From an uncultured Gemmatimonadales bacterium (GTDB lineage: Bacteria > Gemmatimonadota > Gemmatimonadetes > Gemmatimonadales > GWC2-71-9), in contig CAWJIM010000001.1 in NCBI GenBank assembly GCA_963842945.1, positions 32,001 through 96,000 on the forward strand: a stretch of 64,000 nucleotides of DNA. Direction: 5' to 3'. Of this stretch, positions 34,325 to 44,613 are shown piece after piece. The notes below the pieces were generated by a model. It worked only from the letters and a program-made list of their open reading frames with translations. It made no database searches and had not been told where the DNA came from. A program made the position numbers and the translations under genes. Position 1 is the first letter of the stretch, and every line of letters starts with the position of its first letter.

Positions 34325-35465
34325 GTGCGGGTCGTGTTCGTGACCCACAGTTATCCCCGTTGGCCAGGCGATTATTCCGGCGCCGCACTCGCCGCGCTCG
34401 CCCGCGCGTTGGTGCGTAGGGGCATCTCGGTGCGCGTGGTGGCGCTGGGTGAGGACGCTGCGGAACGAACCGAGCAGGATGGCGTTCTGATACGGCGGGT
34501 GCGGATCTCCAGCCGGCTGGGTCAGACGATCTTCGATCAGGATGCCTTTGCTGCCCGGCTCAGGGGCCCACGCCGATGGGAGCTTCTGCTGCGACTCTGG
34601 CGCGAGCTGAGGCTCGCGGCAGAACGCGAAGTGTCCGCTGGAGCCGATCTGGTGCACGCCCATTGGTGGATGCCATCTGGCTTGGCCACTCCGGCCCGTG
34701 TTCCCCAGGTGCTCACACTCCAGGGCACCGACGCCGGCTTGATTCGAAGCTCGCGGCTCGCTCGAGCGCATGGCCCGGCGTCTGCTCGGTCGGATTCGGC
34801 TTGGTTACCGCGGTCTCGCGTTCCATCGGAGAGACCGTTCAGAACCTGACCGGCCGGTTTGTCGGAACCGAGCACGTCCATGCCCTGCCCATAGAGAGTC
34901 GAGGGCGACCCTGGACTCGGGGTGGCTCCGGTGCCGTGGTGATGGGCCGATTGGATGATGCCGGCAGGGTGGGGTTGGCACTGGAGACGGTAGCGATGCT
35001 CGCCTCGCGCGGTCACAAGCTCCGCTGACAGTCATTGGAGAGGGTCGCCGTCGTGACGCTTTGCAGCAGCAGGCGCGGCGTCTCGGAGTTGCGGAACTGG
35101 TCCGGTTCGTGGGAGCCATGCCCCCCGATCAGGCACTGGGCCATCTCGCTCGAGCCGACCTCATGCTGCTCACCACCCAGGGTGAGGTCTCAGCCGTTTC
35201 GGCCCAGGAGGCACTCATCTCCGGTGTACCGGTGGTGACTTGCTGGGACAGCGGCGCTTCGGTGGACGTGGTGCCTCAGTCCGGGGCCGGCCGGTTGAGC
35301 CTACCGGCTGCGGATGCTCTGGCCGAGTGCGTACTCAGCCTGCACGCCGATCGCGACGCTCTCGCCGCCAGCCGGTTGGTTGGAGAGGCCTGGCGCACCA
35401 GGCTGGCGCCGGATCACGTGGCCCAGGTGTACGAGGGGTGGTACCGCGATGCCCTCGGGAGATAG
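34325..35465 (+). CDS. GT4-family glycosyltransferase (multiple frameshifts)
   Basis: THSYPRWPGD, VHAHWW, EALISGVPVV across ORFs 34325-34849 and 35061-35465. Confidence 0.75.
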
Positions 35466-36655
35466 CCGCCTTCGGATCCTCACCGTCACTCACAATTATC
35501 CTCGCTTTGCCGGCGATCCTGCGGGCGCCTTTGCCGCGCGGTTGGCCGAGGGAGTGGCCGCGCGCGGCCACGAGGTTCAGGTCGTAGCGCCGCATGCGCC
35601 GGGATTGCGAACTCGCGAGGAAAGTTGGAGGGGTCACTCTCCGCCGATTTCGCTACGCGCCCGAAGGACTTGAGCGGGTGGCCTACACCGGCGGTCTGCA
35701 CCAAGGAACCTTACGGTCCCCGGTGGCGGCTCTGTTCTTTCCCGGGTTTCCTCCTGGCCTTCGAGCTCGCGGTTCGTCAGGCCGCGCGTGCCTTCCGGCC
35801 TGATGTCGTTCATGCCCACTGGTGGTTTCCTGGAGGCTGGTTCACCAGTCACACCGACGCCGTATCTGGTAACCTGTCACGGGTCGGATGTCCGACTGCT
35901 GGAGCGGGGTATGCCGGTTCGTAGCACGCTCGCAAGGTCCTGCAGCGTGCCGCACGGGTTACCACCGTCTCTCGCTTTCTTGCCCAGGATATCCGAAGAT
36001 TGCTGCCGGACCTGAACGCCGAGCTGGTAGTCACCCCGATGCCGCTGGATGTCGTCGGTTTCAGTCCGGTCGAGCGAGAACCGAAGGCGGTTCCTCCACG
36101 GATTCTGTACGCCGGGCAATCTGCTGGCCAGCAAGGGCGTGGACCTGCTGCTCGAGGCTGCGGCGGCACTGAAGGGAGCGTGGCGTGCACTATGAGTTGA
36201 AGATTCTGGGCGAGGGGCCTGCCCAGCAGTCGCTGCGCTCCCAGGCGGAGCGGCTGGGGATCAGTAACCAATAATCTGGAGCTCGTTCGTGCCCCAGGAG
36301 CAGATGCCGCCGGAGTACGGCGCCAGTACGGTCACTGTGCTTCCGACCCGGGGCAGGGCGGAAGGTCTTGGGCTCACGCTGGTGGAAGCGTTGCTCGCCG
36401 GCTCCGCTGTGGTCGGAACCCGCGCAGGCGGTATTCCCGAGGTGGTCGATCACGATGGTAACCGGTCTGCTGGCGGCAGAGGATCCGATCGACCTGGCCA
36501 ACCAGCTGGAGCGCATGTTGAGTGACGAGCCGTTGCGCTCTCGCCTGACCAGGGCAGGGAAGGACCAGGTGCTCCAGACCTATTCGCCGGAACCGGCAAT
36601 TGAACGTTTTCTTCAGCTGTATCATGCCGCCGCTTACGATCGTACGCACCGCTGA
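35449..36655 (+). CDS. GT4-family glycosyltransferase (multiple frameshifts)
   Basis: THNYPRFAGD, VHAHWWFPGG, HGSDV, EGLGLTLVEA, GGIPEVV in successive frames. Confidence 0.78.
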
Positions 36656-37667
36656 GCCTCCCCCGGACTGGGAGACGTATGCGAAGGAGCATGGGACCTT
36701 CTACCATCTTCCTCGCTGGCTCGAGTGTCTGCGGGACATCTACCGGTTGCGAGTGGAGTGTTACTCGGCTCGGGTGGACGGCAGGCTGGAGGGACTGATC
36801 CCAGTCGCAGAGGTGCCGGGGTTACTCGGACCCCGTCGGCTGGTCAGCCTGCCCTTCAGTTACGCCGCGGGACCATTGGCCCTGAATACCGCCACGGCTG
36901 ACGCGTTGGCAACCGCGGTTCGCGAGGTCGCCGAGCACCGTGGCATTCGGCGGGTGGAGCTCAAATCTCGCGGCGGTTTTCCTCCGGCCCCCGGCTTCCA
37001 CCGGACATCCCACTACAGCACCTACGAGATTTCCACCGAAGGCGGCGAAGCCGGGGTGTGGAGCCGGCTGCACTCTGGAAGCACGCAGCGAAGCATCCGC
37101 AAGGGACAGAAGGCTGGGCTGGAGATCCGTCGGGGCGATACCCGTGAGGACTGGTTGGTCATGGCGCAACTGGAGGAGCGCACCGCGCACTCCCACGGGC
37201 TGCCGGCGCCTCCCCGCCGCTTCTTCACCGAGGGGGCCAGGCGGCTGCAGGAGGCAGGACTGGCAGCGGTCTACCTGGCGCTCACCGGCACCGGCACCCC
37301 GGCCGCGGGCATCACCGTGTGGAAGGGGCCACGGAGCTGGATCTACGGGTTTGGGGCTTCAAATCCGGAATACCTGGAGCATCGTCCCAACCACGTCCTG
37401 ATTTGGAGCGCCATCCAAGACGCCATCGCAGCCGGCTGCGGCTTCGATCTGGGACGGGTTGCACCCGAGCAGGACGGACTCCTGGAATTCAAGCGACGCT
37501 GGGGTGGACAGGCCATACCGCTGGCCTATGATTACTGGCCGGAACCTGGAGGATTGAACGTTGCTGCCCGAGACCGGGGCACCATGGCAACCGCTGCCTC
37601 GGTCTGGTCTCGTCTGCCGGCCAGCGTGGCCCGGCTGGGGGCGGGTCTGTACCGATACCTCGGGTGA
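36624..37667 (+). CDS. FemAB-related GNAT acyltransferase
   Basis: TFYHLPRW, LVSLPF, RSIRKG, PNHVLIW, FDLGR, LLEFKRRWG. Confidence 0.8.
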   Translation: MPPLTIVRTAEPPPDWETYAKEHGTFYHLPRWLECLRDIYRLRVECYSARVDGRLEGLIPVAEVPGLLGPRRLVSLPFSYAAGPLALNTATADALATAVREVAEHRGIRRVELKSRGGFPPAPGFHRTSHYSTYEISTEGGEAGVWSRLHSGSTQRSIRKGQKAGLEIRRGDTREDWLVMAQLEERTAHSHGLPAPPRRFFTEGARRLQEAGLAAVYLALTGTGTPAAGITVWKGPRSWIYGFGASNPEYLEHRPNHVLIWSAIQDAIAAGCGFDLGRVAPEQDGLLEFKRRWGGQAIPLAYDYWPEPGGLNVAARDRGTMATAASVWSRLPASVARLGAGLYRYLG

Positions 37668-37671
37668 GCCC

Positions 37672-38136
37672 GTGAGCTTTGCCTGGCGCCTCCGAAAGAA
37701 AATCCTGAAGCGGTGGGCCCGGAACGCATTCTTTCCATCCACTCGGGTGGGAATGCTGCGGCTGTGCGGCTTCAACATCGGAGACGATGTGTATATCGCC
37801 GACGACCTCATCATCGTGGAGGAGTTAGCCGAGCGTGGAAACATTACCATTGGTCACCGGGTAAGCATTGCGCCTCGGGTCACCCTGGTGACCTCCTCTC
37901 ATCCCAACCATTCGCGAACTCGGCCATTCGCCCCCGTTGCTCAAGGGCCCATCGTCATTGAAGACGATGCGTGGCTCGGCGCCGGCTGCGTCATCCTGCC
38001 AGGCGTTCGCATAGGCCGGGGTGCGGTGGTGGGCGCAAACAGTGTGGTGGCCCAGGACGTCTTACCTCTGCACGTAGTGGCCGGGCAGCCCGCCCGGACG
38101 GTGCGCGAGCTTACTCCCGTGGGGGAGTGGCAATGA
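37672..38136 (+). CDS. hexapeptide-repeat (LbetaH) O-acyltransferase
   Basis: IVIEDDAWLGAGCVILPGVRIGRGAVVGANSVV..AGQPAR. Confidence 0.9.
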   Translation: MSFAWRLRKKILKRWARNAFFPSTRVGMLRLCGFNIGDDVYIADDLIIVEELAERGNITIGHRVSIAPRVTLVTSSHPNHSRTRPFAPVAQGPIVIEDDAWLGAGCVILPGVRIGRGAVVGANSVVAQDVLPLHVVAGQPARTVRELTPVGEWQ

Positions 38137-39597
38137 TACGGATCGAGGTACCAGCTTCACTACGCCCCACTGAGCGATACGGACTCGACGTCCTGGTTGA
38201 CCTCTCTCGTCTGCTCGTGGCCGAGAACGCTGACTGTGAGGTGGTTCGCCTGACCGTGATTGACCGATCTTCGGCAGGGTCGGCGGCTGCGGATCTTAGC
38301 CCCCAGGCCGCTCTGGAACGAACCGACGGCAAGGTGGGGATCGGCCTGGCTTCGCTGCGCGCAGTGGCGGAGGTGGCCGGTGGGGCCATCGAACAGCGCA
38401 GCACCGCAAGCGATCGGCACAGCCGCGTCCCCTCGGCGGAAAATCCTCTGGTCGCGGCGGGCCAGAGCAGGCGCCCCATGGTATCCCTCCTGGCGATGGA
38501 GCTTCGGCGCGCGGTCGTCGCGGTAGCTGGAAGGCGTCCCGTCCGCATCCTGGCGCCCTGGCCCGACCGACATCGATGGGCCGCTCTGCTGACTCACGAT
38601 CTCGACGTGGTGGACTGGTGGGGGCTGTTCCCGCTGCTCCGTATGCTCGAGCTGAGCATGAAAGGCTCGTGGGATCTCGCTGGCCGAGTCGGCCGAGCTG
38701 CGCGGCGCAGCATCCAGCGAGACCCGGTGTGCCGCGGGGTGCACTCGATACTCCAGCTCGAAGCCCACCATGGTATCCGGCCAACCTGGTTTGTCATCTG
38801 CGCCGAGCCCGACCCTCAGATCACGTCTGGCCGGAGATGCAACGTATAATCCCGAAGGAGCCTCGGCCCGCCGGATCCTCACGGCGCTGACTCACGCCGG
38901 ACATGAGATCGGGCTGCACGGGAGCTTCGCCACGGGCAGCGACGCCGCTCGCATGGCAGAGGAGCGGCGGTCACTCACCCGCCTCGCCGATACTCCCGTG
39001 ACCGGCGTGCGTCAGCATTTCCTCCGAATGCGCCCCGGCCAGACCCAGCGCCACATGGTTGCCGCGGGGCTGGAGTACGATGCCACCTGGGGCTTCGCCG
39101 ACCGGAACGGCTTCCGCTTGGGAGTAGCCGATATTGTACCCGCCTGGGACGCCAGGGGTGAAACCACCTTGCCGCTCGATATGGTACCCCTGATCTGGAT
39201 GGACCGTGCGCTCAGCAAGTACGCGGGGATCGAAGAGCCCGGGCGATGGATCGAGGATGCGCGTGACCTGGTTCGGGAGTGCAAGGCGGTGGAGGGGGTC
39301 TGGGTCGGCCTGTGGCACCCCAATACCATGGAGGCGCTTGGATTCCCCGGGGCGGAGCCGGCCTTCGTCAGTTTGCTTCAGACGCTGGCCGACGACCGCC
39401 CCTACTTTGGCTCGGCCCATAAACTTGTCCAGTGGCGCCGCTTCCGGAGATCAGTCCGGGCTGCCCGGGTCTCAGTGGACGGGCGGGTGCTGCTGACCAC
39501 TCCATTAGGACATCGAACCCTCGTTGCGCTGGAAGATGAGAGCGGCGAGGAGATTCAGGTGCAGGTGCAATCGAGTCGGGCCGGTGGCGCGGCCTAG
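38133..39597 (+). CDS. polysaccharide deacetylase-like (CE4) protein (frameshift near 38810-38850)
   Basis: LTHDLD, EIGLHGS, GVRQHFLR, GFRLG, LWHPN. Confidence 0.78.
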
Positions 39598-40522
39598 TCT
39601 CTGGAAGGTTCTGCAATTCTCAGCCGGAGCACTCCTGGTAGGTCTGGCAGTACGTTCCCTCGTACTCAACTGGCAGGATCTGCGAGCGCAGCCGCTGGAA
39701 TGGCGATTGTCGCCCCTCTGGCTTCTATCGAGCGTGCTCGTGGTCTTCGCTGGATATGCCGTGCTGATCGAGGCATGGCGCCGGGTCGTGCTCAGCATGG
39801 GAGAACAGCTTCCCTTCTGGACCGCCGCCCGAATCTGGTTTCTGGCCAGTCTGGGAAAATATGTGCCTGGCAAGGTGTGGGCGGTCGCCGGGGCTGCGGT
39901 CCTTGCCCAGCGCGCCGGAGTTGATCCATCTGTGGCGGTTGCCGGCGCCCTGGTGTTGCAGGCGCTGGCCCTGGGGAGCGGGGCAGTGATCGTTGCGCTA
40001 ACCGCGCGTGAAGCATTCCAGACTGCAGGAGCGGAGATGTATCCGGTTGCAGTAGTCGTCCTGCTGGCCTGTACCGCGGGTATCGTGGCGCTCGGCTCCC
40101 AACCTGTGCTGAACCGCATCGGCCGGCTCCTTCCGTCCTCCTTCCCTCGGCTGCGGGCGGTTCAGCCGCGCTGGCTGTCCCTCGCCTTCGTAGCCAACCT
40201 TTTCGCCTGGGTAGCCTACGGTATTGCACTGGTTCTGCTCACCAGAGGAGTCCTCCCTGGCGTTCACCTGGGGCTGACCCAGGCCATCGGGGTGTTCACC
40301 TGCTCCTACCTGGTCGGGTTCGTCGCGCTCTTCGCGCCCGGTGGGCTGGGGCCCCGCGAGTCGGTCTTCCTTCTGATGCTGGCTGGAGACATCGGTCTCA
40401 AGCCTGCGGCCGGGCTGGCGCTCGCCAGTCGGTTGCTGCTCACCGGCACCGAGGTGCTTCCAGCCGTCCCCTTTCTTCTCCGCAGGAACGCGGCGAGCTC
40501 TTCATCCGTTCGCGAGGCCTGA
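39584..40522 (+). CDS. lysylphosphatidylglycerol-synthase-TM/flippase-like membrane protein
   Basis: LGKYVPGKVW, APGGLGPRE; multi-TM. Confidence 0.8.
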   Translation: MARPSLWKVLQFSAGALLVGLAVRSLVLNWQDLRAQPLEWRLSPLWLLSSVLVVFAGYAVLIEAWRRVVLSMGEQLPFWTAARIWFLASLGKYVPGKVWAVAGAAVLAQRAGVDPSVAVAGALVLQALALGSGAVIVALTAREAFQTAGAEMYPVAVVVLLACTAGIVALGSQPVLNRIGRLLPSSFPRLRAVQPRWLSLAFVANLFAWVAYGIALVLLTRGVLPGVHLGLTQAIGVFTCSYLVGFVALFAPGGLGPRESVFLLMLAGDIGLKPAAGLALASRLLLTGTEVLPAVPFLLRRNAASSSSVREA

Positions 40523-42895
40523 GTGGAACAATCAGCGTCATCCGATCTCGACAACCTTCCGCGCTGGGCTCCCTTCGTCATCATGGCCGTGCTGACACTG
40601 CTGGCCTTCCGCCAGTATCTGCTCAGCGGTCCCGGCGAAATGCTCCTGGGGCAGGATACGATCGCTGCAGGCATCATGTTCCGGAAATTTTTCGTGGAGC
40701 ACGTTCGAGCACTGGGCCGGCTGCCGCTCTGGAACCCGTACCTATTCGGCGGGGTGCCGACGGTGGAGGCGGGCAGCGGCGACATACTCTATCCCACGTC
40801 GATTCTGCACTTCCTCCTGCCGTTGACCAGCGCACTGGCCTGGAAGCTCATTCTGCACGTGTATCTGGCGGGCGTCTTCATGTATCTCGCAGCTCGAGCG
40901 CTGGGAGCCCGTCGTTACACCGCGCTGTTCGCCGGCTCAGCCTACCTGCTCTCGGCCAATTTGGTGAGCCTGGTCTGGGGGGGACAGGACGGAAAGATGT
41001 ACGTCACCGCCCTGTTTCCCGGAGCACTGTGGCTTCTTATCACCGCTCTGGACCGGCGCTCGTGGCTCCGCTTTGTGTGGCTCGGCGTGGTGGCCGGACT
41101 CATGGTGGTGGCCCATCCCCAGTTGGCGTATTACGCCTACATCGCCTTGGCGGGATATGCCGTTGGCAGTTTGTGGGCTCGCCGGCGAGATGGGGCCACC
41201 CTGGCCAAGGTTCTCGCCGGCGGCATGCTGGCCGCGGTAACGGCGCTCGGCGTTGCCTCCGTGGTACTACTCCCGATGTATCGCTATCTCCGGGAAGATT
41301 CGCCCCGTGCCGGGCCCGGGCGTGGGTTCGAGTACTCCGCCAGCTGGTCGCTCCACGCCCAAGAGGCGGTCTCCCTGTTTATACCGGAGTTCTCCGGCAC
41401 CGACGTGCAGTCGGAGACGTACTGGGGGAAAAACCCGTTCAAGCACAACTCCGAGTACGGCGGCGCGTTGATTTTCGTGCTGGGGATTGCAGGTGTGATT
41501 GGCCTGAGAGGAGACCCGAGACGCTGGGCTTTCGGGGGGATGGCGGCGATCGCGCTGCTCTATGCCCTGGGCTCCGGCACGCCGGTGTTTCGGGTGCTCT
41601 ACTCGCTCGTCCCCGGGCTGAAGAACTTCCGGGCGCCGAGTCTCGCGACATTCGTGGCCATCGCAGCGCTCACCATTTTGGCCACCCTCTTGATCGATCG
41701 AGTCCTGACGACCGAAGACGCCCGCACCCGCCGTACTGCAACTATGGCGCTTCTGGGTGGAGCAGTGCTGGCGTTGTTGATCGCCCTGATAACGCTGGGC
41801 GGGGGGACCGGATTCTATCACACCTGGGTGTCTATGTTCGGCGGGGCTGAGGGTATCGATCGGTCAGCGGCGTTTGCGGCCAATCAGCCGCGAATCGTGG
41901 GGGGCGCGCTCGCGATCACCTTGCTCTGTGCGCTCTCCCTGGGTGCGCTGGTGCTGTGGAGCCGCGGCACCCTCCGAGCGTCGCAGGTCGTCGTGATTCT
42001 CCTCGCTCTGACGGCGCTCGATCTCCTCCGGGTCGATGCGCGCTACATCCAGATTGTCCGGTACGACGAATTCTTTCCGGCCGACCCTGGTATCGAGGCA
42101 TTGCGCGGACGTCTCGCCCCCGGAGAGCGGGTGCTGGCGGTCGGAGGTGTGTATCCGGAAGGGTTTCTTGCCACGTACGGCGTTCCGGAGGTTTTCGGAT
42201 ACCATGGAAACCAGCTACGGTGGTACAATGCGCTTACCCGATATGATGCCCGTCAGGCCGCCAGAACCTCGGCAGAGCTGGAGCAGTACTGGGTGGGTTT
42301 GCTGAATAGCGGCACTCTCCGGGCCCTGGCTGCACGATACGTTCTTCTCCCTGGCCAGGTAAACCTGCCGGGCTATCGGCTCATGGGCGCGGATCAGCGA
42401 ATAGCCGTGTACGTCAACGAGGGGGCCGTGCCGCCGGCGTCGGTCATACCTCAGGTTCAGGTCGAGCCCGATTCGGCGCGTCGAGTGGAGCTACTCTGGT
42501 CGCCCACTTTCGACCCCGCCAAGACCGCCATCGTAAATCAGGACGTGTTGGCCATCGGTCAGGCAGGAGGAACCGGCACCGCCACTATAGAGGGGAACGG
42601 AGACGACACCCTCTCTATTCGCGTGCGGACCACCGGGCCGGCGCTGCTCAGCATCAGCCGGACCTACCATCGATCGTGGCAGGCCGAGCTCGACGGGACC
42701 CCGGCCCCCGTCATCCAGACCAACCATGCTTTAATGGGCGTGGCTATTCCCAGAGCCGGAGAACACCGCGTCTTGCTGCGCTATCGGCCCAAGATCGTCC
42801 AGCTCGCGGCGGGTATTACGGCTGCAACCTGGATCATCGTGCTGCTGGTCACCGGTGTCGGCGCAGCCCTGAGCCTCCGTCAGCGCCGTGGCTGA
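40523..42895 (+). CDS. YfhO-family (GT-C-like) membrane protein
   Basis: LPLWNPYLFGGVP, FRAP, C-terminal YHRSWQAELDG..TNHALMGV..H.V.LRY; many TM helices. Confidence 0.82.
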   Translation: MEQSASSDLDNLPRWAPFVIMAVLTLLAFRQYLLSGPGEMLLGQDTIAAGIMFRKFFVEHVRALGRLPLWNPYLFGGVPTVEAGSGDILYPTSILHFLLPLTSALAWKLILHVYLAGVFMYLAARALGARRYTALFAGSAYLLSANLVSLVWGGQDGKMYVTALFPGALWLLITALDRRSWLRFVWLGVVAGLMVVAHPQLAYYAYIALAGYAVGSLWARRRDGATLAKVLAGGMLAAVTALGVASVVLLPMYRYLREDSPRAGPGRGFEYSASWSLHAQEAVSLFIPEFSGTDVQSETYWGKNPFKHNSEYGGALIFVLGIAGVIGLRGDPRRWAFGGMAAIALLYALGSGTPVFRVLYSLVPGLKNFRAPSLATFVAIAALTILATLLIDRVLTTEDARTRRTATMALLGGAVLALLIALITLGGGTGFYHTWVSMFGGAEGIDRSAAFAANQPRIVGGALAITLLCALSLGALVLWSRGTLRASQVVVILLALTALDLLRVDARYIQIVRYDEFFPADPGIEALRGRLAPGERVLAVGGVYPEGFLATYGVPEVFGYHGNQLRWYNALTRYDARQAARTSAELEQYWVGLLNSGTLRALAARYVLLPGQVNLPGYRLMGADQRIAVYVNEGAVPPASVIPQVQVEPDSARRVELLWSPTFDPAKTAIVNQDVLAIGQAGGTGTATIEGNGDDTLSIRVRTTGPALLSISRTYHRSWQAELDGTPAPVIQTNHALMGVAIPRAGEHRVLLRYRPKIVQLAAGITAATWIIVLLVTGVGAALSLRQRRG

Positions 42896-43607
42896 GCGGA
42901 TCCTCGTCGTCGTTCCCACCTATAACGAGCGCGTCAACCTCCCGCTCGTGGTGCCGGCCATTCTGCAGCAGGACCCGCGCATCGAGATCCTGGTGGTGGA
43001 TGACAATTCGCCCGACGGCACCGGCCAGCTGGCCGACGAGCTCGCGGCGTCCACGCCTCGGGTTCACGTGCTGCACCGGCCGGCCAAATCCGGGCTGGGG
43101 AAGGCCTACATCGCGGGTTTTCGCTGGGCATTGGAGCGGACTTACGAGCTCATCTTCGAGATGGATGCCGACTTCTCCCACGACCCTAAGTTCCTGGGAG
43201 AGTTCATCCGGGCCATCAACGATGCCGACGTCGTCATCGGCTCCCGGTACCGCACCGGGGTGAACGTCATCAATTGGCCGATCTCGCGCCTCCTGCTGTC
43301 CATCGGCGCCAACGAGTATGCCCGATGGATCACGGGGCTTCCGCTGGCGGACTCGACCGGAGGCTTCAAGTGTTTCCGCCGCGAGGTGCTCGAAGCCATC
43401 GATCTGGAGAAGGTCCGCTCCAATGGCTACGCCTTTCAGATCGAGATGAGCTTTCGAGCCTGGAAGAAAGGCTTCCGCCTGGTGGAGATTCCGATCGTCT
43501 TCACCGACCGGATCGAGGGCCAGAGCAAGATGAACAAGCGGATCGTGCGGGAAGCGATCTGGATGGTCTGGTGGCTGCGGCTGCAGGCCCTGATGAGGCA
43601 CCTGTGA
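42888..43607 (+). CDS. polyprenol monophosphomannose synthase (DPM1-like GT2)
   Basis: VPTYNE, DDNSPDGTG, GLGKAY, MDADFSHDP, GYAFQIE. Confidence 0.92.
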   Translation: MAERILVVVPTYNERVNLPLVVPAILQQDPRIEILVVDDNSPDGTGQLADELAASTPRVHVLHRPAKSGLGKAYIAGFRWALERTYELIFEMDADFSHDPKFLGEFIRAINDADVVIGSRYRTGVNVINWPISRLLLSIGANEYARWITGLPLADSTGGFKCFRREVLEAIDLEKVRSNGYAFQIEMSFRAWKKGFRLVEIPIVFTDRIEGQSKMNKRIVREAIWMVWWLRLQALMRHL

Positions 43608-44431
43608 GGGGCAGCGTCTTTTACAAGATGAGTGGGTCGGGTAACGACTTCGTGATCCTGGATGGTCGGGCAACCCAGCCGGGCCACTGGTCCGCTGAGC
43701 AAATTCGGGCCGTTTGCGACCGGCGGCGCGGGGCAGGGGCCGACGGCCTGGTGATCCTCACGCCTTCGACCGCTGAGGCCGTCCGGATGGCCTACTGGAA
43801 CTCGGATGGCTCTCGCACAGCCATGTGCGGCAACGCGGCCCTGTGCAGTGGTCGGCTCGCGGCTTACCTGGAGATGGTACCGGCTGGGGAATTCTGCCTG
43901 CTGACGGACGCCGGTCCCGTGAAGGTTCGAGCAAAGCCGTCCGCCGAGCTGGCAGAGATTAACCTGCCCGATTTGGAGCTTCTGCCGAGCCCTCCAGCAG
44001 TATCTCTCGGTCGGGGGGAGCGGTGGATGGCCTTCCTGACCGTGGGTGTACCCCATGTGGTCGTCCGGGTAGAGGACGTCGAGGATGTGGACGTGCTCGC
44101 TCGGGGGAAAGCGCTGCGCTTCGACCCAGAGTTCGGCCCCGCCGGTGCCAATGCCAATTTCGTGGCTCCAGCAGCCGGCGCAGACGGACTTTGGCTGATT
44201 CGAACCTATGAGCGGGGTGTCGAGGGCGAGACCTTGGCGTGCGGAACCGGCACCGTTGCTGCCGCTGTAGCCCTGGCTCAGCGAGGTGAGGCCCCTTTAC
44301 CCACCACCTTTCGAAGCAGGGGGGGACCCGAGCTCAGGGTTCGGGCCCAGCTCAGCGAGCACCGAGTGTCTGACGTGTGGCTCGCTGGCCAGGCGCGGCT
44401 TGTCTACCGGGGAGTCTGGGAAGGGATCTAG
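43604..44431 (+). CDS. dapF: diaminopimelate epimerase
   Basis: KMSGSGNDF, GADG, MCGNA, ERGVEGETLACGTG. Confidence 0.95.
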   Translation: MRGSVFYKMSGSGNDFVILDGRATQPGHWSAEQIRAVCDRRRGAGADGLVILTPSTAEAVRMAYWNSDGSRTAMCGNAALCSGRLAAYLEMVPAGEFCLLTDAGPVKVRAKPSAELAEINLPDLELLPSPPAVSLGRGERWMAFLTVGVPHVVVRVEDVEDVDVLARGKALRFDPEFGPAGANANFVAPAAGADGLWLIRTYERGVEGETLACGTGTVAAAVALAQRGEAPLPTTFRSRGGPELRVRAQLSEHRVSDVWLAGQARLVYRGVWEGI

Positions 44432-44527
44432 GGGCTGTGGGCCTACCGCGTAACAGATCAACAATCCAATCACTTAAGGAGTCAGTCCTCGGCGGGGAAG
44501 CGGTTGTCCACACTTTTCCCCAAGCGT

Positions 44528-44555
44528 ACTTAACATAACATATCTTATACGTCGT
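44528..44555 (-). other. dif-like XerC/XerD recombination site
   Basis: Minus strand ACGACGTATAA-GATATG-TTATGTTAAGT: 11-6-11 layout, XerD arm 10/11 identical to E. coli TTATGTTAAAT; lies at the gene-orientation switch. Confidence 0.85.
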
Positions 44556-44569
44556 TAATCTCAACAGGC

Positions 44570-44600
44570 AAAAAAAGAGAGGGCCCCTCGGCCCCCTCTT
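44570..44600 (-). terminator. intrinsic terminator for the minus-strand TPR gene
   Basis: Minus strand AAGAGGGGGC-CGAGGG-GCCCTCTCTT followed by a U-run. Confidence 0.7.
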
Positions 44601-44613
44601 CCAGGACAAACCC

